Source of the DNA: an uncultured virus (IMG/VR IMGVR_UViG_3300020151_001403)
Taxonomy: Duplodnaviria; Heunggongvirae; Uroviricota; Caudoviricetes
Virus record (IMG/VR): IMGVR_UViG_3300020151_001403
DNA length: 64,000 bases
Direction: 5' to 3' (one strand)
Part shown: positions 27,068 through 38,106 of the stretch, in pieces
Numbering within the stretch: the first letter of the stretch is position 1
Layout: the number at the start of each line of letters is the position of its first letter
Program-made: the position numbers and the translations under genes
The notes under the pieces: generated by a model
Database searches by the model: none
The model's input: only the letters and a program-made list of their open reading frames with translations
Told to the model about the DNA's origin: nothing

Positions 27068-30000
27068 ATGCCAAGTTACTTAGATTTCGATTCAACAAAA
27101 AAATTTAGAGATTTTATATTAGGTAAGACCTTAAATCAACCTAATACACCCGATACGTATCAGAATTTGAATAGTTTTTCAAATTCCAATCCCGGAGATG
27201 TTGAATCTAATGTTAGTACAAATCGTGCAGACCAAATTAAAAGTTATTCGGGAATTAACACATATAAACCAAGTTCAGGTACATATGATGATATTGTTGA
27301 AGACACAAGAGTTTTAAGTAATAGTTTGGACGGGTTAAAATTATATCCATATTTTAATACGGCACCACCCGAATACAATTTAGTTGGTATATATAATACA
27401 TCTAATTACGAAACCGAATCTAAACTTTTTAAATTTGCGGCCGATTACCTTAAAAATGGAAAAGAAGGACCGATACAGTCAAGAATTACAAGAAATGTTG
27501 AAAAAGCAACGGTTGGAAGAGTAAGATTATTAGATGCATTAAATGGTAATACAACCACCGCAATCAATTTATTGACAGGTAGAGAACCTCTTGTTGATTT
27601 TAATAATAGTATTACGGTGGCAAAAACATTACCCGGAAAAGCTATTGATTTTTTACAAAGTGTCGCTGGTTTAACATTTCCATTTAGTGAGATACCTGGC
27701 GATTATTTAAGTAACCCATTAAGAGAACCCACTGGAGTAAGACCTGAAGCGTCAACACAAGTTGGTAAGTTACTTCAAGATGTTACCGGTGTTTTAGGTT
27801 CTATGGTTGGTATTGAAAGAAGACCTACATCATCAAGAAAACCTTCAGATTTATTAATTGAATATATGGGTCAAGGACCAAAACAAAGTTTGTTTAATTC
27901 TTTGTCTTTTTCAAAATATGCACCAAATTATACAACAACTGCTCGTTCACAAAATAGCTCTAAAATTTTTAATTTTATAGATAATGCGGCACAAGGTGTG
28001 AGAAATGTATTAGGTATTGAAGCACCTTCAGGTATTGCATACATTGGTGACGATAGGGGGAATGACGTTAAGTTTGCGATGAATGACTTTAATGATAGAC
28101 CCGTTAGAAGTAGCTATTACTTATCGTTAATGTTTGACCAAATATCCACCGATTTATTTCATAAAAATAAAAATATAACCGAGGGTGGTTCTTTAGGTGG
28201 TAACTTAACATGGATTAGTAAAAATTCAAAAAACAAATTAGGTGCCAATAATGCCGAATATGCAAGTTCCGAACAAACTAAACTTGAAGACACACTTTCA
28301 ACAAGATTTGGTTTTAGAGACGATTCAATTTTAGGTGAAACACAAAGAATATTAGATTCACTACCATCGGATGGTGGAGCATCTCGGTCACATGTTGCAA
28401 ATGTTATCGACCAAACAAGTAGATTGTTTATGGATGGTGATGTTAAAATTTCAAGAGGTTCTGCAATTAAGTATACCGACAAATATAATAGTGAAGAGGC
28501 GGGTGTGGAATATTGTAGAGTGTGGACAAAAGATAGGTCCTATATGAACCTTTCTGATACAATGAAAAAAACGGGAAACATTAGAAAATTTGATTCTAGT
28601 GTTATGGGTGGAGCTAGTAGACCTTGGAACCTTAATATGGCACCAATGTCAAATGGTAATAACTCATTTGATGGGTCAACGAATATATTTGATGGATATG
28701 AATATGGTGGTGGTTATTATGCTAAAAAATATATGTTTTCTATTGAAAACTTAGTATGGAAAACATCCAATAGGGATGGGTTTAGAGTTTCCGATTTACC
28801 CGCGTGTGAAAGAGGGCCAAACGGTGGTCGTGTAATGTGGTTTCCACCATACGATTTAAAAATTAGTGAACAGAATAGTGCTAAGTGGGAGGATAATAAT
28901 TTTTTAGGTCGTCCTGAACCAATATATACTTATCAAAATACATCAAGAAGTGGTACGGTCTCATTTAAAGTAGTTGTTGACCACCCAAGTATTTTAAATG
29001 TGATGACACGTGATTTATTCAAAGGTATGACTGACGAAGAATCTGATAATTACATTAATGCATTTTTTGCGGGTTGTAAAGATATGGATTTTTATGAGTT
29101 AATGCAAACGTATATAACATTAGACACAAACGATGTTACTTTAATTACTGATTATTTAAATGGTGGCGGAGTTGACCCACAAACTATTACAAAATTTAAT
29201 TATGTTTCAAATCCACCGGTGGTTGAATCAAGACCACCTATTATTACGGAAACAAAAAATACACCAGTTAATTTTGAAACTAATTTATTTTTTAGAAATG
29301 ATTATCCAAAATCGGGAAACACAAGTGGAACTGAAAGTTCACAATCGTTTAAATCACTTTATGATGAATATATTAAAAGAAAGACAGTTTATCCTGGTGA
29401 ATTAAAAACCGATTTAGAAGATATTTTAATTGGTTCTTATTCAGGTAAAACAGGTGAGACGGATAGAAAAACAATTTTTGGTGAACCTAATCCATTAAAC
29501 GGATTGACTGGTTCAATAAAAACCGATAAGGTAAACCAAATTATTTCTGTACAAACAGGTAAAACGATAGATGGTTTTACAAAATTAGAAACTGGATACG
29601 GTCAATTTAATACGCAGATTGAAACATTAAAAACCGACATAAAAGAAGGTTCAGTGAGTGAAATTACATTAACAGTTAAGACCACCACATCTGAAGTTGC
29701 TGAAGATGTATATAACTTTTATTTAGGAGTTAGAAGGGGTTATAGTATTGTTTCTGATTTTATGGGTAAATTAGCTGAAACAAAAACACCGAACTTAAGT
29801 AAAAAATGGTTTACAAAAGAACAATTAGACCAGTTTAAAAATTCAGGAACACCAGTAGAAAAACTATCTTTTAGTTTTTCCGAATTTGGATTTGAAAATG
29901 AAGGTACATTAAACATTGAGTTTCAAACAAATGGTGAAAAAGGTAATATACCAAATCCGGCAGGTGATGGTAATATTCAATGTAATACCACTATAACAAC

Positions 30001-31825
30001 TAAAAAGGGTTTAAAAGTGACCGCACCTATTGCGTTTTTCTGTAGACAATCAAATGTAAAAATTAATTACACCAAGAAAGGTAAACCACAAAAAGAAGAG
30101 GTACCACCGGTAAACATACCTTCAGGAACATTTGAACCTGAAAAAACAGTTATACCGGGTACACCACCTAAAAAACCTTCAATAAATTTAATGCAGGATG
30201 TTATAATGAAATTACTATCCGAATGTTATTACTTTAAAAAATTAGAGGAGGATTCACCCATAGCATTTAAATCGTTAACGGAAAAATTAAAATATTTTCA
30301 TCCAGCATTTCACTCAACAACACCTGAGGGGTTAAATGCACGTTTAACATTCTTACATCAATGTATTAGACCGGGTGATACTATACCAATAAAAGGTATT
30401 TCCGATAGTTCAGATTTGAATGCAAGAAATACCACATTTGGACCCCCACCTATTTGTGTTATGAGAATTGGTGATTTTTACCACTCAAAAATTATTATTA
30501 GAGATGTTAACATTTCATATGATGAAAATGTTTGGGATTTAAATCCTGAAGGTATAGGTGTACAACCTATGATAGCAACTGTTACATTACAAGTTACTTT
30601 TATTGGTGGTCAAGGTTTAGAAAAACCTGTGGAAAGATTACAAAATGCGTTATCTTCTAACTTTTTTGCTAATACCGAAATGTACGACCCAAGGTCAACC
30701 ATAACTTCAACTATTAATGGTAAAAATGAAGAAGAATTCACAAAAGAATTTTTAGAAAAACTTACTAATTTTTTACCTAAAAAGAACAGTAGTGAAAATG
30801 ATTCAGCAAAATCAAACGGAATTAAACAAGATATTTACATTGGTGAATTAAAAGACACTAAGTTATCCTATACAGGTCTAATAAATGCATTAAATTATAA
30901 TGGTAAGGAATATGTTGAAAGATATAAATCAACATATAATAATATTATAGAAATCTATGGTAATAAAATAGGTGGTTTATTACTTTCACCAAAATATAGA
31001 AGTGTAAAAGATGTAAATGTTTACACACCATCGTTAATCACATTTGAAATGTTTGGACAATATCCAGCAAGTAAAGAATTATCACAATTGACAAGAATTT
31101 TTAAAACCGCAATAATTGCATCAATCACTTCTAATAACATTGGTGAAATAATAGGATTTAATGATGTATTACCAACCAAAATACATTCAAATTCTGAAAC
31201 AATACTAAAACCATATATAAGTAAGTTCGTTATCGAAAGTATAGATAAATTTACTGAAATAACTTCATTAAAAGAATTAGAGGATAAGAGAAATGAGGTA
31301 ATTGAAATTATTGACAAATTTAATTATATTATCACAAATACTGAAGATGGTAAAATTGTTAACCCAAATTATTCAGGTGTTACTTTAGATAGTTTTATTG
31401 TCTCCGATTTTTACAAGGAATATAGTCCAACAATTAATCACTTAACCAACAATCATTCAGTATTTACCGAGGATTTAGATATAACATCAATTGATTTTGA
31501 ATCAACAACATCATATGATACATCCACTTTATCAGAATTATTGTCTATATTATTAAAAGATAAGAAGTTTACCGATTTTGTGACATTATATAAGGACCCA
31601 ATTTTCCTACCATATCATGAAAAGATGAGAAATAAATTTGAAAAATTTGTAGCGACATTAAATAAGAAAAAGTTTAAAGATAAAAAATTCCCTGAAAGAA
31701 CTAACACCAAGGAAGTTGAATATGTTATTGGAACACCTTCTGAAGTTACAGATAAAGTAACTTTAAAGAAAATACTTTCACCAAAAAATAAACTTGAAAC
31801 CACATTAAATTTTTATAAACGATGA
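27068..31825 (+). CDS. Large baseplate/tail-tube initiator-like protein (gp48/gp54-like) with insertions
   Basis: WFPPYDL...FLGRPEPIYTYQNTSRSGTVSF and PPICVMRIGDFYHSKIII...PMIATVTL tube-like segments. Confidence 0.6.
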   Translation: MPSYLDFDSTKKFRDFILGKTLNQPNTPDTYQNLNSFSNSNPGDVESNVSTNRADQIKSYSGINTYKPSSGTYDDIVEDTRVLSNSLDGLKLYPYFNTAPPEYNLVGIYNTSNYETESKLFKFAADYLKNGKEGPIQSRITRNVEKATVGRVRLLDALNGNTTTAINLLTGREPLVDFNNSITVAKTLPGKAIDFLQSVAGLTFPFSEIPGDYLSNPLREPTGVRPEASTQVGKLLQDVTGVLGSMVGIERRPTSSRKPSDLLIEYMGQGPKQSLFNSLSFSKYAPNYTTTARSQNSSKIFNFIDNAAQGVRNVLGIEAPSGIAYIGDDRGNDVKFAMNDFNDRPVRSSYYLSLMFDQISTDLFHKNKNITEGGSLGGNLTWISKNSKNKLGANNAEYASSEQTKLEDTLSTRFGFRDDSILGETQRILDSLPSDGGASRSHVANVIDQTSRLFMDGDVKISRGSAIKYTDKYNSEEAGVEYCRVWTKDRSYMNLSDTMKKTGNIRKFDSSVMGGASRPWNLNMAPMSNGNNSFDGSTNIFDGYEYGGGYYAKKYMFSIENLVWKTSNRDGFRVSDLPACERGPNGGRVMWFPPYDLKISEQNSAKWEDNNFLGRPEPIYTYQNTSRSGTVSFKVVVDHPSILNVMTRDLFKGMTDEESDNYINAFFAGCKDMDFYELMQTYITLDTNDVTLITDYLNGGGVDPQTITKFNYVSNPPVVESRPPIITETKNTPVNFETNLFFRNDYPKSGNTSGTESSQSFKSLYDEYIKRKTVYPGELKTDLEDILIGSYSGKTGETDRKTIFGEPNPLNGLTGSIKTDKVNQIISVQTGKTIDGFTKLETGYGQFNTQIETLKTDIKEGSVSEITLTVKTTTSEVAEDVYNFYLGVRRGYSIVSDFMGKLAETKTPNLSKKWFTKEQLDQFKNSGTPVEKLSFSFSEFGFENEGTLNIEFQTNGEKGNIPNPAGDGNIQCNTTITTKKGLKVTAPIAFFCRQSNVKINYTKKGKPQKEEVPPVNIPSGTFEPEKTVIPGTPPKKPSINLMQDVIMKLLSECYYFKKLEEDSPIAFKSLTEKLKYFHPAFHSTTPEGLNARLTFLHQCIRPGDTIPIKGISDSSDLNARNTTFGPPPICVMRIGDFYHSKIIIRDVNISYDENVWDLNPEGIGVQPMIATVTLQVTFIGGQGLEKPVERLQNALSSNFFANTEMYDPRSTITSTINGKNEEEFTKEFLEKLTNFLPKKNSSENDSAKSNGIKQDIYIGELKDTKLSYTGLINALNYNGKEYVERYKSTYNNIIEIYGNKIGGLLLSPKYRSVKDVNVYTPSLITFEMFGQYPASKELSQLTRIFKTAIIASITSNNIGEIIGFNDVLPTKIHSNSETILKPYISKFVIESIDKFTEITSLKELEDKRNEVIEIIDKFNYIITNTEDGKIVNPNYSGVTLDSFIVSDFYKEYSPTINHLTNNHSVFTEDLDITSIDFESTTSYDTSTLSELLSILLKDKKFTDFVTLYKDPIFLPYHEKMRNKFEKFVATLNKKKFKDKKFPERTNTKEVEYVIGTPSEVTDKVTLKKILSPKNKLETTLNFYKR

Positions 31826-32148
31826 GTAGACAATATTATGATAGGTATGAGAATTTTATAACTGATGGTAGTTTTAGGATTGTACCGGGTATTGAAATAC
31901 CAATAAAAGGTGGAGACAAGTATGTTCAATATAAAAAAGGTAAAGATAGGTTAGATAAATATTCACAAGAGTATTACAATTCACCTTTATATGGTTGGTT
32001 AATTTTACAAGCAAATCCATTATTAGGTGGTGTTGAATTTGAAATTCCAGATAATTCATACATTAGAATACCATTTCCATTAGTTACATCATTACAAGAT
32101 TACAAAAGAAACATAGAAACGTATAACTTATATTATGGCGAACAATAA
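31822..32148 (+). CDS. Baseplate wedge LysM/gp53-like (tail X-like) protein
   Basis: DRLDKYSQEYYNSPLYGWLILQANP...IRIP. Confidence 0.75.
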   Translation: MSRQYYDRYENFITDGSFRIVPGIEIPIKGGDKYVQYKKGKDRLDKYSQEYYNSPLYGWLILQANPLLGGVEFEIPDNSYIRIPFPLVTSLQDYKRNIETYNLYYGEQ

Positions 32149-35100
32149 AATAAATGAAAACGAAAACATTTTAATTAAGGTTGACCAAAATAATTTAATC
32201 TATGTTGACCCCAATAGTGTCGTTATTAACGGTAATGTACAAGAAAGAACAATAAAACAGGAAAACTTAGTGATGTATGTAAACCTTGAAGCGGATTTAG
32301 TCCCAAGGTCAGTACTTACATCTGTTGGTAACGTAAATACATTAACAAAGGTTGCTGAAGGTACAGTCAACATGTTAAAACCCAATACCGTTAGTGGAGA
32401 TTATGATTCAACATGGACAGATTCTTATTTTAATTTTAAACCAAGCTCACTAAATTCTGGTGACCAGTTTCAAAATGATTCAACATCACAATCATTTGGT
32501 ATTGATAGTATAAACGTAAACATTAAGGGTGGTGGATTCATTCCACAAGTTGATATTAATTTTATTGACGTGAGAGGTAAAACATTATTTGAGTCTCCCG
32601 AGAATTCACCATATAAAGCGTTTTTTCATTTACCATGGCCAATATTTTATTTAACAATAAAAGGATTTTATGGTAAAGCGATAAGGTATCGTCTACATAT
32701 GGTTAGTTTTAATTCAAAATATAATGAAAGTAATGGTAATTTTGACATTGCAACAAAATTTGTAGGTTCAACATATGCGTTTTTAAATGATATACCACTA
32801 AAGGGTATATTAAACGCACCATATATGTTTTTAACTGAAAGTGAGGTTCCTAAAAAATTTAATCAAAACACACAAAGATATGAAAAGACAATTAGTAGAA
32901 CTTCAAAAGGATTTGTTCTTTTAAAATCAGTATATAGTGAGTATGTAAATAAAGGATATCTACCAAGTACTTTTATTGAAAAACCTAGAACACTAAGAGA
33001 AATTATAACCATTGCGGGTACTTTAGATAAGATTTTAGAACGAGAATTATTTGACCAAGTATTTGACCCCAAAATACTATCAGGTATAAAAGAATTTGAA
33101 AACAGAGTTAATACTTTTATTAATGAAGTAAAAGCTTGGGGTACAGTAAATTTAGATAAATTTTATTTTGAAAAAATAACAGACCCAAATGATTTATCAA
33201 AAAATAAATTATACTATTATTTAGGTAAAAACATAACAATTGATAGTGTAAAATCAAAAGATGAAAAATCTTCAGGTACATTACAATACATAATTCTTAA
33301 TTCGATTGTAGAAATTTCTAAAATAAAATCATTTGCTGAAAATTTAAAAAATAAAACCGGTTCAAACTTTAAAAATATACCTTTATCGTTTAAAAATCAA
33401 ATAGGTAACATTAATAAATACATTGATTTAAATGAATCTAAATATGGTATTGACATTGACACACTATTAGAAGACATTTATGTTATATTTAAAAGTTTCC
33501 AAGATGAGAAACAAAAAGTATATAATAAGATTGAGGAAAAAATGAATGAAATTTATCGAGATAAAGATAAAGGTCTTGGTTTTGACCCAACAATAAAAAA
33601 TATATTTGGTGTATTAATGGCCAACGCCGATGTTTATATTAGATTATTAAAAGATGTACACACTAAATCGTTTGATTCATCTAAAGAGAGAGCAAAATTA
33701 ATTGGTAATTTAAGTAAAGAATCGACAGGTGACGCCATTTATCCGTGGCCCGAAATAAAGAAAAAAACAGGTGACAAAAAAAATATATTGGCATATCCTG
33801 GTGACAAAGATTTACAATTTAAATTAAAAAGTTACGACCCAATTATTTGGCCTGAAATTGATTTTCTTGAAAATTATCACGCGGTTGCGACAAAAAGACA
33901 AGATACGCTCTCAAGTAAAGAGGGTGGAGCACACAACATAAGTTATGTATTTTCAAATGACCCCGAAAAAAATGAATTAACAAAAATATCTACCGCACTT
34001 AATTTATTTGATTACCCACCATATGTTTCAAGAACTATTCCAACCGTATTATATGAAATATGGGAACGGTCAAAATATGTAACATTATTTGATTCATTTA
34101 ATAATGAAACAATTAAAGAATTGGCATTAAATGAGTTCAATAACTTACAAAATACTGTTAATGAAGACCCATATTTAAGTGATTTTTTAAGAAACATTAC
34201 AACCGTAGATAAATTAACTGAACAAATGTTTGTAACATCGGCATTTGAAAAATATCCTTATTTTCAAGATGATTTACCAACCACTACTAATATACAAGAT
34301 ATTTTAAATAAACCTTTTAAAATTGAACAATTAAGTGGTTCAGAAAAAAATCAAGATTTTGACTCTAAATTTAAAAATTTACAAAAAAATCTAACAAAGT
34401 ATAAAATTGAAGAATATAGAAAAAATATTTTTCCTTATAATTCAGATTTATATTTGTCTTATATTAATAGAACAGAATATGGATATGAAAATTTTGAATA
34501 CAATGAATTATTAAAATTAGATACTACTGAGGGATTAGTTAGTTCAACCATGGTTGGTGAAAACTTTTGGGTAAATGGCGAATACAATAGAATAAATTTA
34601 TTTTCACAAAACATTAAAATAGGAACTAATGAAAAAAGTGACAATATTTTAAATACTCCATATTTTCACAATCAATTATATAGTGATTTCCAAAAAACAA
34701 ATAACTATGGGAAATATGTAGGCTCTGCATATCTTTTATTAAATTCATTACCATTTTTTGAATTATCGGATAATGTTTTTGGTACAACAAAAATATCATC
34801 AATGTTTAAAGAAGTTGGTGCAACTCATAAAATACCGTATCATTTAATGGTTAAATGGGGTTCATTATATCACAGATATAAAACTTACTTAGTAGATGGG
34901 TATGATATTCTTACAGGATTCACAACATCTAATGTAACAAATCCATTAAATGGTAATACATTATTTTACGGGCCAACCTCAGGTACATATTATGCGTGGG
35001 ACGCAAATGATTCTGGTTTAACAGATATACCATATAATGGTAAGGACATAGGTATACACCCATTCTATCAAAATATATTTAATCAAATTATTAACGGTTA

Positions 35101-37861
35101 TGGAACGTATGAGGTTTCAAATGCTGCGTCTGATTATCAATCAAGAACTTTTGATGGTAGTTTAAAGTCAAGGTCAAGAACACACTTAGGTAAAAAATAT
35201 TGGACATCACTTGTTGATAATTCAGAATATACTATTGCCGACCAATTTTACACACTTTTACCTTCTGATGGTAGTAATTTAGAACAATATTTTGAACCAA
35301 ACAATGTAGCACAAGACATTCAACGAAATTTTAGAATCATTTGGCAAGATAGAGATACTAAAATTAATTATAGTGGGGTTACATTTCCATCTTACGGGGA
35401 ATATTGTGTAAGTTATGATACAGGAAGAACTTATGATAATAAATTTATCATGACTGAAAATTATAGAAAAGTATTTGATTTAATATCAACATTTAGTCCA
35501 CAAATATTGGATGAATTTGAGAAAATGTTTTTAGACTTTTCAAGTGATTTTGGTAATACACAAACAACTTATAGTCAATATTCTGAAATTAGACACACTA
35601 ATTTTAAAAATTTATTAAAAGAAATTGTAACTATACCTAAAGAATCGGGAGATTCGAGTAATATTACCTTGTTAATTAATAAATTAAAATTCGAACAAGA
35701 AATAAAATTAAATAGTTTAACAATAGATATTTTACATTTACGTAATACTATAAAGTTAACAATGGGTAATCCAAAAGAAATTGACCCACATATTTGGGGT
35801 GGATTTGTTAATTTAAACAATTTTAATAGATTTACGTATAGTGAATATAATGGATTAGAGAATCAAAATTTAGTTAAATTATATGTTGGTGAAGAACCAA
35901 CAGCTAATTGCTATAATAATTTCTTTAGTGTGAATAATGTGGAAATGAGTGAAGAGAATATTTTACAATTTAGACCACTTATACACATTTATGCTGGATA
36001 TATTAAGGCGGGAGGAACTAATAATAGTGAATCTTTTAAAACATATATAAAGAATAATGTATTCATTAACACAACAAATGTTACGGATGTGGCATCGTCT
36101 ACAAATAGACAATCAATATTCCTTCAAACATTATTAAAAGAATTCCCCAAATTAAAAACAAGTAAAGATGTTCAAAAAATAAAATTTGAACAAGGTTTCA
36201 ATGAAGAACCAATTAAATTAGAACTTTATAACTTCTTTAAGTCATTTAATGATAAATGGGTTGCGGGTAATTCATTAGGTCAACGTTTATTAATAGAGGA
36301 ATTCATGTTCTTAGATAAGAGAAATTCAGATATTGGAGATAAGTCATTTTTAGGATTAGATAGATTGTTACCATTAGATGATGAAAAAAATTCTAAACAA
36401 AATCTTTATAGTACAATATCAATGTTAATACAAGGTACGGGTTTTGATATGAGACCTATGCCGGCTTATGTTAATTTTTACGGAACAAATTATAATAATA
36501 AGAGTAAAGTTACCTCGTCTAAAGTTACCGCAAATAATTTATTTGGAACATTTTTAGATGTAGATTATCAAGATTCATCACCAAAAATTGTACTTCAATA
36601 TACGGGACCAACTTCAAAATACACCGACATGAGTGAAGTTAGTAGAGATAAATTTAAATTTAGAGACGATAGTTTTTACATTGGTAGTACAGTGGACAAT
36701 CCAATTATTATAGATAATGGAAGTATTAACAGACGTGAGGATTTATTTAAATCAAATAAAGTGGTTGCTTTTGAAGTTAGTATTGGAGACCAAAATCAAA
36801 ATATTTTTAAAAGTGTAGAACTTAACCAATCATCTTTAAAGAACACCACCGAATCCTTTTTAGTACAAGAAAATTTGGGTAAGTCAGAAAGCGGTTCGGC
36901 AACTCATCAAGTGGATATAGGTTTATTCGACATATATAGACAATCATCATATAGTTGTACTGTTAGTATGATGGGAAATGTAATGATACAACCGACTATG
37001 TATTTTTACTTAAAAAATGTTCCTATGTTTAAAGGGTCATATTGGATTACTGAAGTGTCGCATAGTATCAAAAATAATACTGTCAATACTACTTTTACAG
37101 GAGTTAGAATACCTAACACTTCATTACCTGACCCTAAAGAATCTTTTATGGCAAGTTATCGGGTATTGTTTGATAAATTAACAAATAAGGCGATTGCAAA
37201 ACAAAAAGAACAAGATTTACAAATTACAGGACCAACTAAAAATGAAACAGTAGTAACAACACCAAAAGGTGACTATACAATTGATATGGGTGCTGATGCC
37301 AAAAAGATTCCAAATGAAACAATTGTAAATGAGGCTGGTATGACTGAATATGGTGTAAGATACAATGGTTTTAGTGGTGAAAAATATATTCAAAAAGTTA
37401 CGTACAATGGAGAAACATATTTAAGAGGTATTGTAACAATTATGGATGGTAAAACATATAAGATAGATGACAACGTATCAATGGACGTTTTAAACTATAC
37501 TCAAAATATTAACGTTTCAGGAACTACAGCTAACCCATCATATATTTTATGGAAAGACATTAAGAATAGTAAAAATTTATTTTATGGTATTCGATTTGAC
37601 TTTGGAAATGTTCCATCAAAATATGCTGGCGATGTTATTTTAAAAACACCAATCACTTTTTATAATCCAAAAAACTTAAAAAACCCAATAACTGTTGGTG
37701 GTAAATTTAGTGATGGACAAACAGTTACACCTTTAAATATTGAGGGTGGTATTATAAATGGACCTAATGTGAATGGATATGGTGTAGCACTATCAAAACA
37801 ATTGGCGTTATCTTTAAAGTTAGATGATGGAGATGTTGTCTTTTTTACACCAATAACCTAA
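32135..37861 (+). CDS. Very large baseplate hub protein (gp27/late-control-D-like termini)
   Basis: FGIDSINV...PQVDINFIDVRG near the N-terminus; YSCTVSMMGN...GSYWITEVSHSI near the C-terminus. Confidence 0.6.
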   Translation: MANNKINENENILIKVDQNNLIYVDPNSVVINGNVQERTIKQENLVMYVNLEADLVPRSVLTSVGNVNTLTKVAEGTVNMLKPNTVSGDYDSTWTDSYFNFKPSSLNSGDQFQNDSTSQSFGIDSINVNIKGGGFIPQVDINFIDVRGKTLFESPENSPYKAFFHLPWPIFYLTIKGFYGKAIRYRLHMVSFNSKYNESNGNFDIATKFVGSTYAFLNDIPLKGILNAPYMFLTESEVPKKFNQNTQRYEKTISRTSKGFVLLKSVYSEYVNKGYLPSTFIEKPRTLREIITIAGTLDKILERELFDQVFDPKILSGIKEFENRVNTFINEVKAWGTVNLDKFYFEKITDPNDLSKNKLYYYLGKNITIDSVKSKDEKSSGTLQYIILNSIVEISKIKSFAENLKNKTGSNFKNIPLSFKNQIGNINKYIDLNESKYGIDIDTLLEDIYVIFKSFQDEKQKVYNKIEEKMNEIYRDKDKGLGFDPTIKNIFGVLMANADVYIRLLKDVHTKSFDSSKERAKLIGNLSKESTGDAIYPWPEIKKKTGDKKNILAYPGDKDLQFKLKSYDPIIWPEIDFLENYHAVATKRQDTLSSKEGGAHNISYVFSNDPEKNELTKISTALNLFDYPPYVSRTIPTVLYEIWERSKYVTLFDSFNNETIKELALNEFNNLQNTVNEDPYLSDFLRNITTVDKLTEQMFVTSAFEKYPYFQDDLPTTTNIQDILNKPFKIEQLSGSEKNQDFDSKFKNLQKNLTKYKIEEYRKNIFPYNSDLYLSYINRTEYGYENFEYNELLKLDTTEGLVSSTMVGENFWVNGEYNRINLFSQNIKIGTNEKSDNILNTPYFHNQLYSDFQKTNNYGKYVGSAYLLLNSLPFFELSDNVFGTTKISSMFKEVGATHKIPYHLMVKWGSLYHRYKTYLVDGYDILTGFTTSNVTNPLNGNTLFYGPTSGTYYAWDANDSGLTDIPYNGKDIGIHPFYQNIFNQIINGYGTYEVSNAASDYQSRTFDGSLKSRSRTHLGKKYWTSLVDNSEYTIADQFYTLLPSDGSNLEQYFEPNNVAQDIQRNFRIIWQDRDTKINYSGVTFPSYGEYCVSYDTGRTYDNKFIMTENYRKVFDLISTFSPQILDEFEKMFLDFSSDFGNTQTTYSQYSEIRHTNFKNLLKEIVTIPKESGDSSNITLLINKLKFEQEIKLNSLTIDILHLRNTIKLTMGNPKEIDPHIWGGFVNLNNFNRFTYSEYNGLENQNLVKLYVGEEPTANCYNNFFSVNNVEMSEENILQFRPLIHIYAGYIKAGGTNNSESFKTYIKNNVFINTTNVTDVASSTNRQSIFLQTLLKEFPKLKTSKDVQKIKFEQGFNEEPIKLELYNFFKSFNDKWVAGNSLGQRLLIEEFMFLDKRNSDIGDKSFLGLDRLLPLDDEKNSKQNLYSTISMLIQGTGFDMRPMPAYVNFYGTNYNNKSKVTSSKVTANNLFGTFLDVDYQDSSPKIVLQYTGPTSKYTDMSEVSRDKFKFRDDSFYIGSTVDNPIIIDNGSINRREDLFKSNKVVAFEVSIGDQNQNIFKSVELNQSSLKNTTESFLVQENLGKSESGSATHQVDIGLFDIYRQSSYSCTVSMMGNVMIQPTMYFYLKNVPMFKGSYWITEVSHSIKNNTVNTTFTGVRIPNTSLPDPKESFMASYRVLFDKLTNKAIAKQKEQDLQITGPTKNETVVTTPKGDYTIDMGADAKKIPNETIVNEAGMTEYGVRYNGFSGEKYIQKVTYNGETYLRGIVTIMDGKTYKIDDNVSMDVLNYTQNINVSGTTANPSYILWKDIKNSKNLFYGIRFDFGNVPSKYAGDVILKTPITFYNPKNLKNPITVGGKFSDGQTVTPLNIEGGIINGPNVNGYGVALSKQLALSLKLDDGDVVFFTPIT

Positions 37862-37899
37862 ACTATTATAATTTTGTTGATATTTATAATAAAAATGTT

Positions 37900-38103
37900 A
37901 TGAATAATTCAAGAATTAACAACGCAATGGACCAATTCTTAACTCCAAAACAAGTTAGAAACTTATCTAATGATGGAATGGAAAGGGAAGAGTGTGATAT
38001 GGTAACAGGAGAATGTTATACTATCAGAGAAAAAGACGGAATAGTCGAAAGAATAAATAAAAAATATATTACCAATGACGGTAGACAATTATTACAAGAT
38101 TAA
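37900..38103 (+). CDS. Hypothetical protein
   Basis: 67 aa, CDMVTGEC, TATTTAT upstream. Confidence 0.7.
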   Translation: MNNSRINNAMDQFLTPKQVRNLSNDGMEREECDMVTGECYTIREKDGIVERINKKYITNDGRQLLQD

Positions 38104-38106
38104 GCC

